A DNA stretch of 43,297 bases from Octopus bimaculoides. Its lineage: Eukaryota. Positions 22,223-34,094 of this stretch are shown in pieces. Where the stretch lies: NCBI RefSeq assembly GCF_001194135.2, contig NC_068986.1, positions 44,186,624 to 44,229,920 of the forward strand. The letters run 5' to 3'. The notes under the pieces are model-generated. The model saw only the letters and a program-made list of their open reading frames with translations. It was not told the origin of the DNA and ran no database searches. The number at the start of each line of letters is the position of its first letter. Within the stretch, counting starts at the first letter, position 1. A program made the position numbers and the translations under genes.

Positions 22223-25200
22223 CACTGGACAGCAAAAATTTTGCATGTGTTTTAGACTAGAGCGAGGACAGTGATTCTGAATCCGCACTCAAAATTGTTC
22301 TAGCACATCAGGATTTTGAGTTATGTGCATGCACAAGATTATAACTATACTTTCGGCTAGATATTAGCTGTGTTATAAAATTTGCTAAAATGAAAGCAGT
22401 ATTAATTCAAAATGAAAGAAATAACAACAATAAAACAAACGATGAGAAAATTCATTATTTAGTTTAGCAACAGATGGTGCTGATGTACTGTGTTCAAGTG
22501 CCAAATATGTCAGTTTGTTCTTGGTAACTCTCAGTGTTTGTGCTGCTGTCATGTGTGGAATGTGTATCTCTCACTCTGTGTGATTACTGTTTTAACTGTG
22601 TTCATTGAATAGGAGAGGTTGTGTGAATCATAAAAACTCCCTATAAATATTTTGGGTGTAAAGTTGGGGACTAAGACAAGAGGTAGGCACCTCATATATG
22701 TTGCACCATGTGTTACTCAGGGCTTACACAGTGGTTGATTGGAAAATGGAAGATAATGCCTTTTGCTGTACCAATGATATGGCATTGACCAACCAATCAT
22801 GTCTTCGATTGTTACTTTTGCATGACTAATATTAGTGGTTTCTCAAAGAAAACCAAAGCAAAAATTGTGTATGCAGATTGTAAGTTGGCTCTAAAACTGG
22901 TCCCACATGACTTCAAGAACCCTGTCCCAGTTCCCTTATTACATGATTCACTTGAAGTCCTTGACACATTGCACAATGAACTCTCTGATTCTCCTATTGA
23001 CAAAGAATATGTAGTTGATTCTAAGAAAATGAGCCATGCTTGCTTAATCAAGAAGATTTGAACGATTTAGTAAGAGACCTAAAATTGTCAAAGAAGAAGG
23101 CAGGAGTTTTGGGATTCAGACTACAGCAACGGAATCTCCTACAGCAAGGTATAAAAATTTCCATTTTCCGTTCTCACCAAGAAGGCTCATCTGTCTTTTT
23201 CAAGCAAGAAAATAATGCTTGACACATGCATGTGGCTAATGAATGGAGATTGTTTATAGACTCAAGTAAGGTTAGCCTCAAAGCTGTGTTGTTACATAAT
23301 GGTAATGAAAAACCTTCCATTCTTGTGGGTCATGTTGTCGGTATGGAAGAAACTTATGAATCGATGGAAATCATTCTGAAAGGAGTTAATTACTCAGTTC
23401 ATAAGTGGAATATTTGTGGTGATTTCCGTCCTCTTAGGACTGCAGCTGGGATATACTAAAAATATGTGCTCCTTGTGTGTTTGGAACAGCCATGATGACT
23501 GTCCTAAAAGAGATGAGTGCATAGTTGGTCGGTACAATGTGCAGCATATACCACTGGTAGACCCGCAAAAGATCTTCCTTCCACCCCTTCACATCAAACT
23601 CGGCCTCATGAAAAACTTTGTAAAATTAATGACACATGATGGTTGTGGCTTCCAGTACCTAAAAGTAAAATTCGGTGCAGTGAAGAGTGATGCAAAACTG
23701 AAAGCAGGCATTTTCATTGGACCCAAGATCACAGAATTGATGTCTGATAACAAATTCAGAGGTAAACTGAATCTAGTTGAGCTGACAGCATGTTAGTTGT
23801 ACAGAACTTTCTTGGAAATCATAGAGCTGAAAACTATGCTGATTTAATAAACATGCTAACAGTGTATGAAAGAATGGGATGCCGAATGTCCTTTAAAATG
23901 CACTTCTTGCATTCTCATCTCCATGTTTTTTCAACAAATCTTGGTGCCATTGGTGATGAACATGGTGAGAGGTTCCACCAGACATATCTGAAATAGAAAT
24001 GAAGTATCAAGGCTGGTTCAATCAACACATGACGGGTGACTCCAGCATGATGCATAATTGCAAGAGCAAGTGTCTCAAACATTCCTGAGCTGAGCATATC
24101 AAAAATAAAGTGAGTATTCTCTTAACATAAATATATTAGGTCGTCAAGTATGAAATTTGTAGTAGGGTATATGGTAAACTTTGACAGCTGCTCATTTTGT
24201 GCCATTATCATATTTTGACAATCTTTATTTTTTGTTAGAAAGCTGAGACATCTATTTCTTTATTCTAACCCATTTTGCATTTTATAAAAGCATTTATAAA
24301 TCGTTTTTTGCTATTTTTGTTTTGAGATGGATAAGTTGGAAATTTGTACAGGTTTGAAATATGAGTTCTTTGTTGGAAATACAGCATCACTGACAGCTCG
24401 GAATATTAATGGAGTATTTCATTCTAATATTATTACACAGTAGACAGTATCAAATTGGTTTGCAAAATTTCGTTCTGGTAACTTTGACCTCACAAATGAG
24501 CAAGACAGTCGATCAGAAACAAAGGTGGATAATGACGAACTGAAAGCCACTGTCAAGTCAGATCCATCTCAAATTGGCCGTGAATTATCGTTGTTTGGTG
24601 TTAGCAAGCAAACAATATTGACTCACCTAGTTCAAATCGGTAAAGTGAAAAAGTTGGATAAGTGGGTTCCACATGAACTCAATGAAGATCAGAAACACCA
24701 ATGTTTGGAAGCCTGCATTATGCTACTTTCTCATCACAAAAATGAATCATTTTTGAATGGAATTGTAACATTTGATGAGAAATGGATCCAATACAACAAC
24801 CGTAAATGTTCAGCACAATGGTTTGACAGAGATGAGCCGACAAAACAGTCCAAAAAGCAAAATTCATCAAAAGAAACTGATAGTGTGTGTTTGGTGGTGA
24901 TCCATTATGATTTCATTAAACCTGGCTTATCAATCATGGTCTAAGTATACTGTAGCCAACTGGACCAAATAATACAGAAATTTACAAAAAAAAACAGCCT
25001 AGATTAGTCAACAGATCTACTCGTATTTTATTGCAAGACAACACCAGACCACGCATCACAAAAATGACATTGGTGAAACTAAAGGAGTTGGAGTTGCAAG
25101 TTCTCCATCATCCACAATACTCACCTGATCTTGCTGCCACTGACTACCACTTCTTCCAGAATTTGGATAACTTTTTGATAGGAAAAAAATTTAATTCCGA

Positions 25201-25661
25201 CGATGCTGTGAAACAGGCCTTCCAAGATTTTATTGACTCTAGATTGCCAAGCTTCTACAGTTCCAGGCTGAACAAGCTACCTCTGAAATGACAAAAGTGT
25301 ATTCACAATATGGGTGTATACTTTGATGAATAAAGCTATTCCTTGTATTTATAAAACATTAGCAAACTTTTTTCTTTTCTACAAATTTCATACTTGACAA
25401 CCTGATACTATGTACCATTACCATTTGCCTTGAACAGATATACTATATACAATACTAATATACTATTATAATGGTTATTTACCTTGAACTTAACTATTCC
25501 TGATACTAATATAGTATTTATATATAATTATGCACATGACTCAAAATCTTGACGTGCTACAGCAATTCTGAGTTCAGATTCGGAATCAGCATACTTGATT
25601 TAGTATGGTACAGCACCATTTGTCTGAGTAGCAGACAATGAATTATTTTTGTTGCCCTGTG
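22223..25661 (+). mobile_element. Chapaev3-like (CMC superfamily) DNA transposon, decayed, with nested mariner
   Basis: Termini CACTGGACAGCAAAAA / TTTTTGTTGCCCTGTG and long imperfect subterminal inverted repeats (22273-22329 vs 25531-25587). Fragmented transposase ~22620-24060: YFGCKVGD..APHICC, WRLFIDSSKVSLKAVLLHNGN, LPPLHIKLGLMKNFVK, MSFKMHFLHSHL..GDEHGERFHQ. Family name from remembered motifs. Confidence 0.75.
24136..25405 (+). mobile_element. full-length mariner (DD34D, cecropia/Hsmar1-like) with inactivated transposase
   Basis: 27-bp TIRs TTAGGTCGTCAAGTATGAAATTTGTAG / CTACAAATTTCATACTTGACAACCTGA, TA on both sides, 1270 bp. ATG 24327 MDKLEI..YEF..ARNIN; motifs WVPHEL, TFDEKW, QDNTRP, YSPDLAATDYHFF. 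Stops and frameshifts. Confidence 0.95.
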
Positions 25662-25670
25662 TAATATATA

Positions 25671-25675
<5 letters not shown>

Positions 25676-25749
<74 letters not shown>

Positions 25750-25785
25750 TTATCTACCTTCCTTCCAGGTTAGTGCTCTCAGATG

Positions 25786-25818
<33 letters not shown>

Positions 25819-25830
25819 ACACATATATAT
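25676..25830. repeat. (CT)n(AT)n compound microsatellites
   Basis: Directly visible. Source of SLSLSL/YIYIYI in ORF 25649-26047. Confidence 0.95.
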
Positions 25831-25834
25831 TGAA

Positions 25835-26266
25835 CCAAATTTGATGACTGGTACCCTTGCCAGTGGAGCGCTAACAGCACCATCCAAGCAGGATCACTGC
25901 CAGAGAAGCTGTCTGGCTTCCATGCCAGTGGCACGTAAAAAGCACCATTTGAGTGTGATCGTTATCCGCGTCGCCTTACTGGCACTTGTGCCGGTCGCAC
26001 GTGAACAAAACATTCGAGCGAGGTCGTTGCCAGTGCCGTTGGATTGACTCCTATGCAGGTGGCACATAAAAAGCACCATTTGAGCGTGGCCGTTGCCAGT
26101 ACCACCTGACTTGCCCTTGTGCCGGTGGCACGTAAAAGCACCCACTACACTCTTGGAGTGGTTGGCGTTAGGAAGGGCATCCAGCTGTAGAAACTCTGCC
26201 AGATTAGATTGGAGCCATCTGATTTGCCAGTCCTCAGTCAAAGCGGACGTTAAACGATGATGATGA
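25835..26266 (+). mobile_element. SINE family F with internal repeated units
   Basis: GGCAC(G/A)TAAAA(A)GCACC at 25930, 26061 and 26127; tail gttggcgttaggaagggcatccagctgtagaaac...gacgttaaacgatgatgatga. Confidence 0.75.
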
Positions 26267-28267
26267 TATATATTTATATATATACACATATTGAGGAAAA
26301 TGATTTATTTGCATGTTATAAAAAGGTGACGTTCTTTTGAAAAAATACATTACAAATAAATAAATTGATTGGAAGTTGAAAGTTAAAAAAAAATTAAGAT
26401 AAAAGCAAAAAAAAAAAAGAACCTAAGTCTATATTTGGAAAGAACTGATCTGACTCTTGCACCTGTATAAATTCACAAGAGCACATGCTTACACATACAC
26501 ATGAGCTCTGATGTGTTAGGCCAAGCTTCTTTCTAAAGATTTTTCCAAATATGGCCATTCCATATTTTTAAGTGTGTGAAATGTGACCATCCCATTTTAC
26601 AAAAACATTTCAAATGTAAGTATCTCATCCCTTAAAAGCATTCAAGTATGACCATCTCATTTTTATATAAATATATATTATGTGTTGATAAATCTGCTTC
26701 ATCCAGTCTTTTTTAAAAGTATTCTGTGACCATCCTATGTTTCATATGTGACAATCTCATCTTTATCTGTGCCCCAAATTACCTCACGGTACATTCTGCC
26801 ATTTTAAAAAAAAATTTTAAAAACAAGATGCATTGGATACTGTAGTCCAGGTTATGCTGTCTGAAAAATATGAAATGGAGTGATGGTCAAGGGTGGAATG
26901 ACTTTGATTATTGGTCTACTAGATCAGAACTGACCAGGGTTAAACTACTTTATGGAGTTACACATTTGGTAAGAAATAACAGCCAAATTGTTACTGATAT
27001 ACCTTTTATCATAAAGGTATGTTAAATCGACTGATCAGCAGTTAATCAACAACAGACAAATATATTATGCTTAATTTTCTGATTCATATAAACTTTACTG
27101 GACAATACATACATACATACATCATGTATGTGTGTATGTATGTATGGGGCTAGGTGTCTTGTTGGATGTATAGGGCCAGTGATGTCACATGAGTGGCTGA
27201 GGAGCCTTGCTGGAAGGATAGGAGCAAGAGAGATCACATGAACCGGAGGATGACTAGTACGAGCCTTTTCGCTTCAGAGCTGTTACTCAGGACAGATATG
27301 GTAGCAATGTGGGCTCAGGGAATTTGCAGCTTGGTTCTGGTCAGAGATTAGGAGGGTAAGGCACTTATGGATATATCCTGTCTAGGAAGTTTCAACATTA
27401 TGAGAAGATCTATGAGGTAGATGAGCTACATTTCTTTCTTCCATACCACAAGTTATTTCAGCCTTCATGCATTTTTCTCTGTTTTCCTTTCCTGGATGAT
27501 ATGTCAACAAAAATAAGGATTGGTAGTGATGCCATTAGACTACTCTGTAGTGAAGGGAATGCTATCACTTGGATTCAGAAGATCGAAGTGGTGGCTAGAC
27601 TGCAAGACATTGAAGATGTGGCAAGTCTCATGGTTCTGTATTTGGCAGGAAACACATTGGTGTTGGACTTCAAAATGAACTAAAAAGACCAACTGGAAGC
27701 AAAGAAGATTGAATGGTGCCTAAAAAGAGTTTGTGGAAGGATCACATGGTGCGTTTGCCAAACTAGGAAAGGTGTGGTAGATGGGAGAGTAGGTAGATGT
27801 GTATGCAGCAGAAATTCAGAGGTTGGCCACACTCAATGGATTTACAGGGGAAGCCCTGGAAAAAGTAGTGCAGCTAGTGTTCATGAATGGTCTTCTTGAC
27901 AAGATATTAGTTCAGCTGCAACAGCTGCCTGGTAACAACATGTCTATGAGCAAACTCATTACTCAAGCCTGTGTGTCAATGCAAAATGCAAGGTAAAATG
28001 GTGTGGTGCTAGCAGCTAAAGAAGCCTACACAACAGGTGGTGATCAATGAAGGATGAGCAGAGAAGAGCCTCTGTGGAATAGCCATGAGCGTTTAAAGGC
28101 CAGTGCTTTAGGTGTTGGGGAACCTTCATAGTGAGGGATTGCAGAAAGCTGGAGCCCAAATCAGTTTGCTACCAGTGTAAACAGACAGGATATATCACCA
28201 GCAACTGCAGTCAGGGAAAGGAATAAAGGAGTGTGTATGGGGATTACTGTGACACTACCTATCCCTG

Positions 28268-28577
28268 AGGAGTCGCAATGGCCCAGTGGTTAGGGCAGTG
28301 GACTCGCAGTCATAGGATTGCGGTTTCGATTCCCAGACCGGGCGTTGTGAGTGTTTATTGAGTGAAAACACCCAAAGCTATCTCTCACTCTTTCTTCCTG
28401 TTTCTGTTGTACCTGTATTTCAAAGGGGCCAGCCTTGTCACACTGTGTCATGCTGAATATCCCCGAGAACTACGTTAAGGGTACACGTGTCTGTGGATTG
28501 CTCAGCCACTTGCACCTTAATTTCATGAGCTGGCTGTTCCGTTGATCGATGCCGTAAGCGACGGAGTGCCAACAACA
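28268..28577 (+). mobile_element. SINE family A copy (internally deleted) inserted in Gypsy
   Basis: 11-bp TSD ACCTATCCCTG (28257-28267 and 28578-28588), A and B boxes, and (aac)n tail. Confidence 0.9.
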
Positions 28578-30268
28578 ACCTATCCCTGCAAGCAAGTAGA
28601 GGCACTCATACAGTCACTGCTTATAGTGAAAGTCCTAGTTGAGGTGAAGGTATTACAAGTCCCAATGAATATGGGTAGCACAACAATCTTAGTAACCCTA
28701 AAAATGGCTAAAAAGTTGAATGGGACGAGTAGTATAAAGGTAGTTGATGGCAGAGAGATGAGATGTAGAGGCAGCAGTGAAGTGGGGTTGGTGGTGCAAG
28801 AGAACAAGAATAAGGCTGTGAGTAATTGTGATTGACCATGTAGTGGATGGAGATGATGTGGTAATGGGTATGGATATGGTCAGCCACCAAGGAGATGTCA
28901 CTATTCATAAAGATGGGTTTATGTTTAGTGGTCTGGGGCACTATGAGATTGCTGTAGAGGAGTTGAGAGAGCCCTGAAGAGAAATGTGCTACACACACGA
29001 TTGTAGACAAAGATTTTCAGACTGTGTTTGACAGTCAGCATTGGACAGTTGAGTGGCACTGGAAAGGAGGGCCCTCAACATTGAAGAATAAGCTATTATC
29101 AATAGACTCTTAAGAGTGTTGCCAAGCGTAAGTTCAAGAGAGAGGTGGAGAAATGGAGAATATTTTAATCTTTTGGAAGGAAGAGGTAAAGAGCAGAGTG
29201 TTGCCATTAATGGTAGTGGTGCAGCCAATGGAAAACAAGGTCAGGCTGGTACTGGACTTCCAAGAGCTAAACGACTATGTATCATGCTACATGGGTGGCA
29301 AGGTTACCAAAGTCTGCTGCGAAACATTGTGAGAATGGAGACAGATGACGAGGGCTTCCACAATTTTTGACTTGAAGTTAGTATATCTGCAGCTATAAGT
29401 TGCTGAGAAACTATAGGAATATCAGCTGGTAGGATATAAAGGCCAAACATACTGTTTGACCAGGCTGGGTTTCAGGCTGATTGAGCACCAAAGATCATGG
29501 TGATGGTTCTCAAGTGTAATCTAGGAAAGGTGGACAAGATGAAAAAAGCCACCAGCTCCTATACTGAATACATCTTAGTAGACATGAGTGTGGTGTTGGC
29601 AACACAGGCCATAGGTCATCTAAAGAAGTTTGACTAACTGTAAAACCACTAGAGGTGATGGAATGAGGAGCTGCACTAGGGCTCAGGCTGGAAAGAGACC
29701 AGGTAGATGTATTGATATTTTGGAGAGGAAATGAGATTCTGGAACTGGGTACCAGCACAAACAGATGAGCACTGTTCTCACTGTGTGGGAAACTGGTGGG
29801 TCACTATCCTAATGCAGGTTGGCTCTGAATGATATGTAGCTACACCAAGAGACAATTGGACAGGGTGAGCTGGGGTGGGGAAAAGTGGGAAGGAGAACAT
29901 GGTGGCTGACATGCAGGAGATCCTAGAAAGGAGTAAGAGCAGAAGACTCAGAGGAAGCTGGTATGTGCTCAAATTGGAGAACAGGACCATATGGTGTGAT
30001 GCTAGCAGCATAACAATAGGGCTCATTCTGGAAATAGGGGGTATTGATGTGGAGGATACAGCCTGGCCTAGGAAAATGGCTGATTGCAACCACATCAATG
30101 TGGCTGAATTGAACATAATGCTGAAAGGAGTAAATCTAGCCTTGAGATGAGGGCTGTGTACTAAAGAGATTTGAATCAATTTGGTCAATTTGCTTGGATG
30201 GATGGGATTAGGGATCACTGATGAGAAGAGGGTATGAATGAAAAGGGTGGTGGGGATATTAATAGAAT

Positions 30269-30534
30269 CGATTTTTTTATTACCTATAAAAGGCTACACA
30301 GAAAATCTCTTCGACCAATACAAAACATAGAGACAAAACAGACACAAAAAACATAAACTTGGGGAACTAAAATTTACAAAAAGAAGATGAAATCAAAAGA
30401 AAAAAAGAAAAGAAACAAATGATAATATGAAAGAATGAAAATGAGGCGTAATGCCCACTTGACCCCCGAAGTCGAATGGTTACATTAAGTCAGTTTTTCT
30501 CTTTTACATAAAAAGTCTATGTAATAGACTTTTT
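30269..30534 (-). mobile_element. 266-bp retroposed insertion (probable 3' end of a non-LTR element) inside Gypsy
   Basis: 13-bp TSD ATATTAATAGAAT (30256-30268 and 30535-30547). T-rich on the minus strand, ending in aataaaaaaa. Composition differs sharply from the Gypsy flanks. Confidence 0.75.
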
Positions 30535-32059
30535 ATATTAATAGAATGCCAGCTAGGGATTCTGGGAGGGTGAGCTGCTGGATTTGGTTGAGTGAAGTCT
30601 TTGTGCCCTCGAATAGGACTAAGGCAGACGTCCTAACCAGAGTGAAGAAAGCCTTGTTGAAAGTGCCAGGGGATATGGAATGGAGGACAGCTGCAGTGTG
30701 TTGGCTGAGTGACTTGGAGCTAAGGAAACTGCATATCATGCATCATATGGGAGTGGACAGGACTCTGTACCTAGCCAGGAAAGTTGACTCCAACATTAGA
30801 GCATTCAGAAAGTGGTTAGGAGTTGTGACAGGTGTCAATCCATCCACCCCACTGCAGGCATGTATGAGGAAGGAAACATTTCCAGTGAAGTATAACTGGA
30901 ATCAATTGGCAGTGGATGTGACATACTACTGGCAGAGGACGTGTCTCTTGATGGTCAGCTGCGAACCAAGGTGGATGGCAATGTGAAAGGAAATCAAAAC
31001 AAGAAGAGCAGATGAAGTTGTATGAACTCTGAATGAGATATTCCTGGAGCGGGGCTCTGTGGATGAATTGCTAATGGACAACAGTACTGCATTTTACTCA
31101 GAGGTGCTGAAAGAAATGCTTGATAAGTAGAATGTGAACTGCTTTTTCAGAGTGATATATAAGTGGAAATGGGATTGTGGAGAGAGACGCCATCACATGA
31201 TCAAGGCTATGGCAGAGAGGGGATATATCTCACCAACTGAAGCAGTATTTTGGTATATGTCAACCTGGTCAGGATAGGATGAGGAGTTGGTGTCACACAT
31301 GATATTCAGATATGAAAGACAACATTTGTGTATGGTATCACAGCGACTTGAGGAAGAAAGAGTTGTGAATTTTTGAAACAATGTGTTGGTGGATGGAATG
31401 CTGCATCATGTCTTGGATGTCCACAGGATCATTGAGTTGTTGTAAACCAAAGGAGGAGGGAGTGTGAGCAACACTCCATCTCTGTAGGGGGTCACAGAGG
31501 GAGAGGTGTCTATCCGGGTGGAAGGCAGATTTTGATCAACGACTCTCCTGTCAATCTATCTCTCTTTATATATTTACCATACTCTTTGACACTCACTCTC
31601 TTTGTATATGTATTAACCCTCATGCATGTTTAAAATTGCATCTTTTAATGTTTACTTTCGTTTTATGATACACAGTTTATCATGCACAAAATGCTAAACT
31701 TTCAAAGCCTGTTTTCTGATTGGGTAAAAATGACCAAACTTTAAATGTCTGTAACATTCTTCAACGTGAAAAGTTACATAAATATACCAAATTTGAAAAT
31801 TTTCACTGAATTATAAAATTTCAAAATCTCTAACAGCATCAGAAAAAGATCTTTCTTTCTCTCTCTATTTGTCTATCTGTTTCAATCTCTCATGGTAAAC
31901 TTTCTCACTCTCTATAAAAGTATATCGCAGAAGAGGGGATCATAATAATGATCACCAATTTCCAAAACCCAAGTATTCTTTCGATAACATGAGCCAAAAT
32001 TGGTGTTGAGTTTGAAAAAAATTATGAATTTTCCAAAATGTCTTTTGTGACAGAAAAGG

Positions 32060-32945
32060 CGCTTCCCACTGTTTTTAAGTGCATAGTGCAAAAATAGATA
32101 AATAAATAATAAATAAATAAAAATAACGGACAAAATCCGTTCGGAAGTGAAGAGAGGAAATTCATAAATTTCCAAAAAAAGTTTTCATAAAAAGCTTCAT
32201 TTGAAAAGGTGTGGTAAAAAAACATTTGAAATTTCCTCGTCAAAACGGAGAAAATCCAACTTATGTGGGTGTGTTTTTCCGATAGTCTGTCAAGACATCC
32301 TATTGTGAAAATTATCCGACAACGACGGGATACTCAGCCAATGTGTGTGTGTGTGTGTGTGATAAGTTAGATAAAGCCGATTTATGGGTTTACCCATAAA
32401 GTGTCCATAAAGCGCTAAGTTTTACGGCGTATCATAAGATCCCAAACCTGGCCATGAAAAACACGAATAATAAAAAAAATCTAAGGAAAAACCACCCTTT
32501 TACTTCTCGTTAGTATGGATAGCTATTCTAAAACCCCGTCTAATTATATTATTCCTCATAAATCGTTTCGAAAGTTCTCCGGTAATTTTCTTTCATGAAA
32601 ATGAATGATTACAGATTATATTATATTATATTTTGTGTGTGTGGGTGCGTAACTTTTTATATCGATATATTTTAAAACAACCACTTGCGTCACCAAAATC
32701 TAAAATGTTTTCCCAGCTGTTTAAACTGTTTTAACCTAATTTAATCTGTGACATCACACTTGCCCGGATAAGGAAGTACTTTATAACTTTTATGCCAATC
32801 GTAGATATTGTATATTTAATTTCTTTATCGTCTCCCGTCTCGTATATAGTGAGACAAACACGGATGTTAAGGAGAAAGAGTGGATTCTATCGGAGTTAAG
32901 AAGTACAGTTCTATAGTTTTGGTTTTCAATCACGATCATACGGTG
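32060..32945 (+). promoter_or_regulatory. CpG-retaining promoter/5'UTR region of MyD88
   Basis: Visibly higher CpG density than the flanks. ETS-like CGGAAGTG (~32145) and AGGAAGT (~32771), GATAAG (~32767), TGACATCA (~32749), CCAAT (~32796). Motifs are by eye only; TSS not mapped. Confidence 0.5.
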
Positions 32946-33312
32946 ATGACTAATGAAGAAGAAAGTTATGATAAGTGGAAAAAGATGTTTAACTGGACAG
33001 AAACACAATGTGATTATCCATTGCAAAACATTTTGCGTGTGTCCTCCAGGAAACAACTTGCCAGACATATAAACATAAAAAGTGAAATTCTCAGTCATAA
33101 CGGACAATGTCCCGATTTTCGTGGTTTGGCGGAATTGATTGGATTTGATTATCTTGATGTTAAGCAGTTTGAGGCAGCTTCCGATCCAACTTCGGTCTTA
33201 CTGGACGAGTGGAATTCTACTTTCCATACATCTGCCACGATGGGCAAGTTGTGTTCTTATTTAGAATACTTGGGACGTGTGGACTGTCTTCAAGACTGTC
33301 AAAAATGTTTTC
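32946..33312 (+). CDS. MYD88: MyD88 exon 1, death domain (MTNEEESYDKW...PLQNILRVSSRKQLARHIN...DFRGLAELIGFDYLDVKQFEAASDPTSVLLDEW...ATMGKLCSYLEYLGRVDCLQDCQKCF)
   Basis: Aligns by eye with the human MyD88 death domain ([63 protein letters not shown]), with equivalents of E52, Y58 and R98 kept. Donor ttc|GTAAGT at 33313 gives a phase-1 intron at the position of vertebrate MYD88 intron 1. The TIR domain is not in the window. Confidence 0.9.
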
Positions 33313-33331
33313 GTAAGTTCAGTAACATATT

Positions 33332-33369
<38 letters not shown>

Positions 33370-34094
33370 GACACTTGTTGTGAGGGCTAAGACAACAGAA
33401 TACTAGTTCAAAAGCTTTGCTTATTTATCTTTGCGTTCAAATCTCACGTGGTCGATTTTGTTTTTCTCTCTTCGACAAAATTAGAACTAATGTTGAGGTG
33501 AACGGTAGATTACATCTGTCAAAAAATTTATTCTTTTAACTTAAATCAAAAAGAAGTCCCTGTTTGATTAATTTATATATCAAATTTATCAAGATTTCTT
33601 GTTATTCTTTTCACATCTGATGTTAATATTTGACTGGTATTTTATCGTTATACACATAAACTTTTCTGGGTTCAAATACCGCCGCAGTGAACTTAGACTT
33701 TTATCATTTCGAATTCGATAAAAATAAAAATCTGTGAATTGCTGGGGTCGATACATATTCCTATCAAGCATTGTTAAATGCGAATGGAATTATAAGAGAA
33801 GAACGGTAATTAGATATTAGCCAGTGAAATGATCAAGTCGTTCTTATTGGGACTCCACAAAGTATTTTTTCTACGCCCTTCCTCTGCTTTTGGTATCAAC
33901 CCGTCTAAAACTGCCTTTAATTTACAGTTTTAAAGTGGTCAAAATTTCATTTTAATTCATGTTCCAAACACCTGCTTAATAATGACAAAGTTATTTTAAT
34001 AAATTCTTCATTATTTTCAAAATTAATTGAAACAAAGGCAGGATATTTTTCAATAGAAATATGGTAACAAAAGGTTTAATAGTTAATGATAGTA

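Larger units (their letters stand above)
27501..31553 (+). mobile_element. decayed Gypsy/Ty3 LTR retrotransposon (gag, Zn knuckle, protease, RT, RNase H, integrase)
   Basis: gag-like MSTKIRIGSD..WIQKIEVVARLQ; knuckle CYQCKQTGYITSNC (28167-28208); protease-like MGSTTILV; RNase H IWCDAS...HINVAELN; integrase HHMGVDRTLYLARK, WNQLAVDVTYY, LLMDNSTAF. Polypurine tract at 31449-31462 followed by TG. Integrase lies downstream of RT/RH, the Gypsy order. Confidence 0.88.

Noticed and set aside
24136-25405. SETMAR or a domesticated mariner gene
   Set aside because: No SET exon, multiple stops and frameshifts, intact TIRs and TA TSD: an ordinary dead mariner.
25930-26142. CRISPR-like repeat-spacer array
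   Set aside because: Only three degenerate 16-17 bp cores, the spacers are related to each other, there are no cas genes, and the context is a eukaryotic SINE.
27100-27500. 5' LTR and primer-binding site of the Gypsy element
   Set aside because: No match by eye to the candidate 3' LTR start at 31463, so LTRs are not called.
31912-32243. Minus-strand ORFs as a divergent gene from the MyD88 promoter
   Set aside because: Low-complexity F/I/Y-rich translations with no recognisable domain or convincing splice sites.
32150-32600. NF-kB or IRF sites in the MyD88 promoter (GGAAATTTCA, GGAGAAAATCC, GAAAGAAAA)
   Set aside because: None matches the full consensus, and such partial matches are expected by chance in AT-rich DNA.
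32880-33383. 167-aa single-exon ORF from the ORF track as the full protein
   Set aside because: It starts at GTG and runs through a consensus GTAAGT donor into a (CT)n repeat. ATG 32946 with splicing at 33312 fits MyD88 better.
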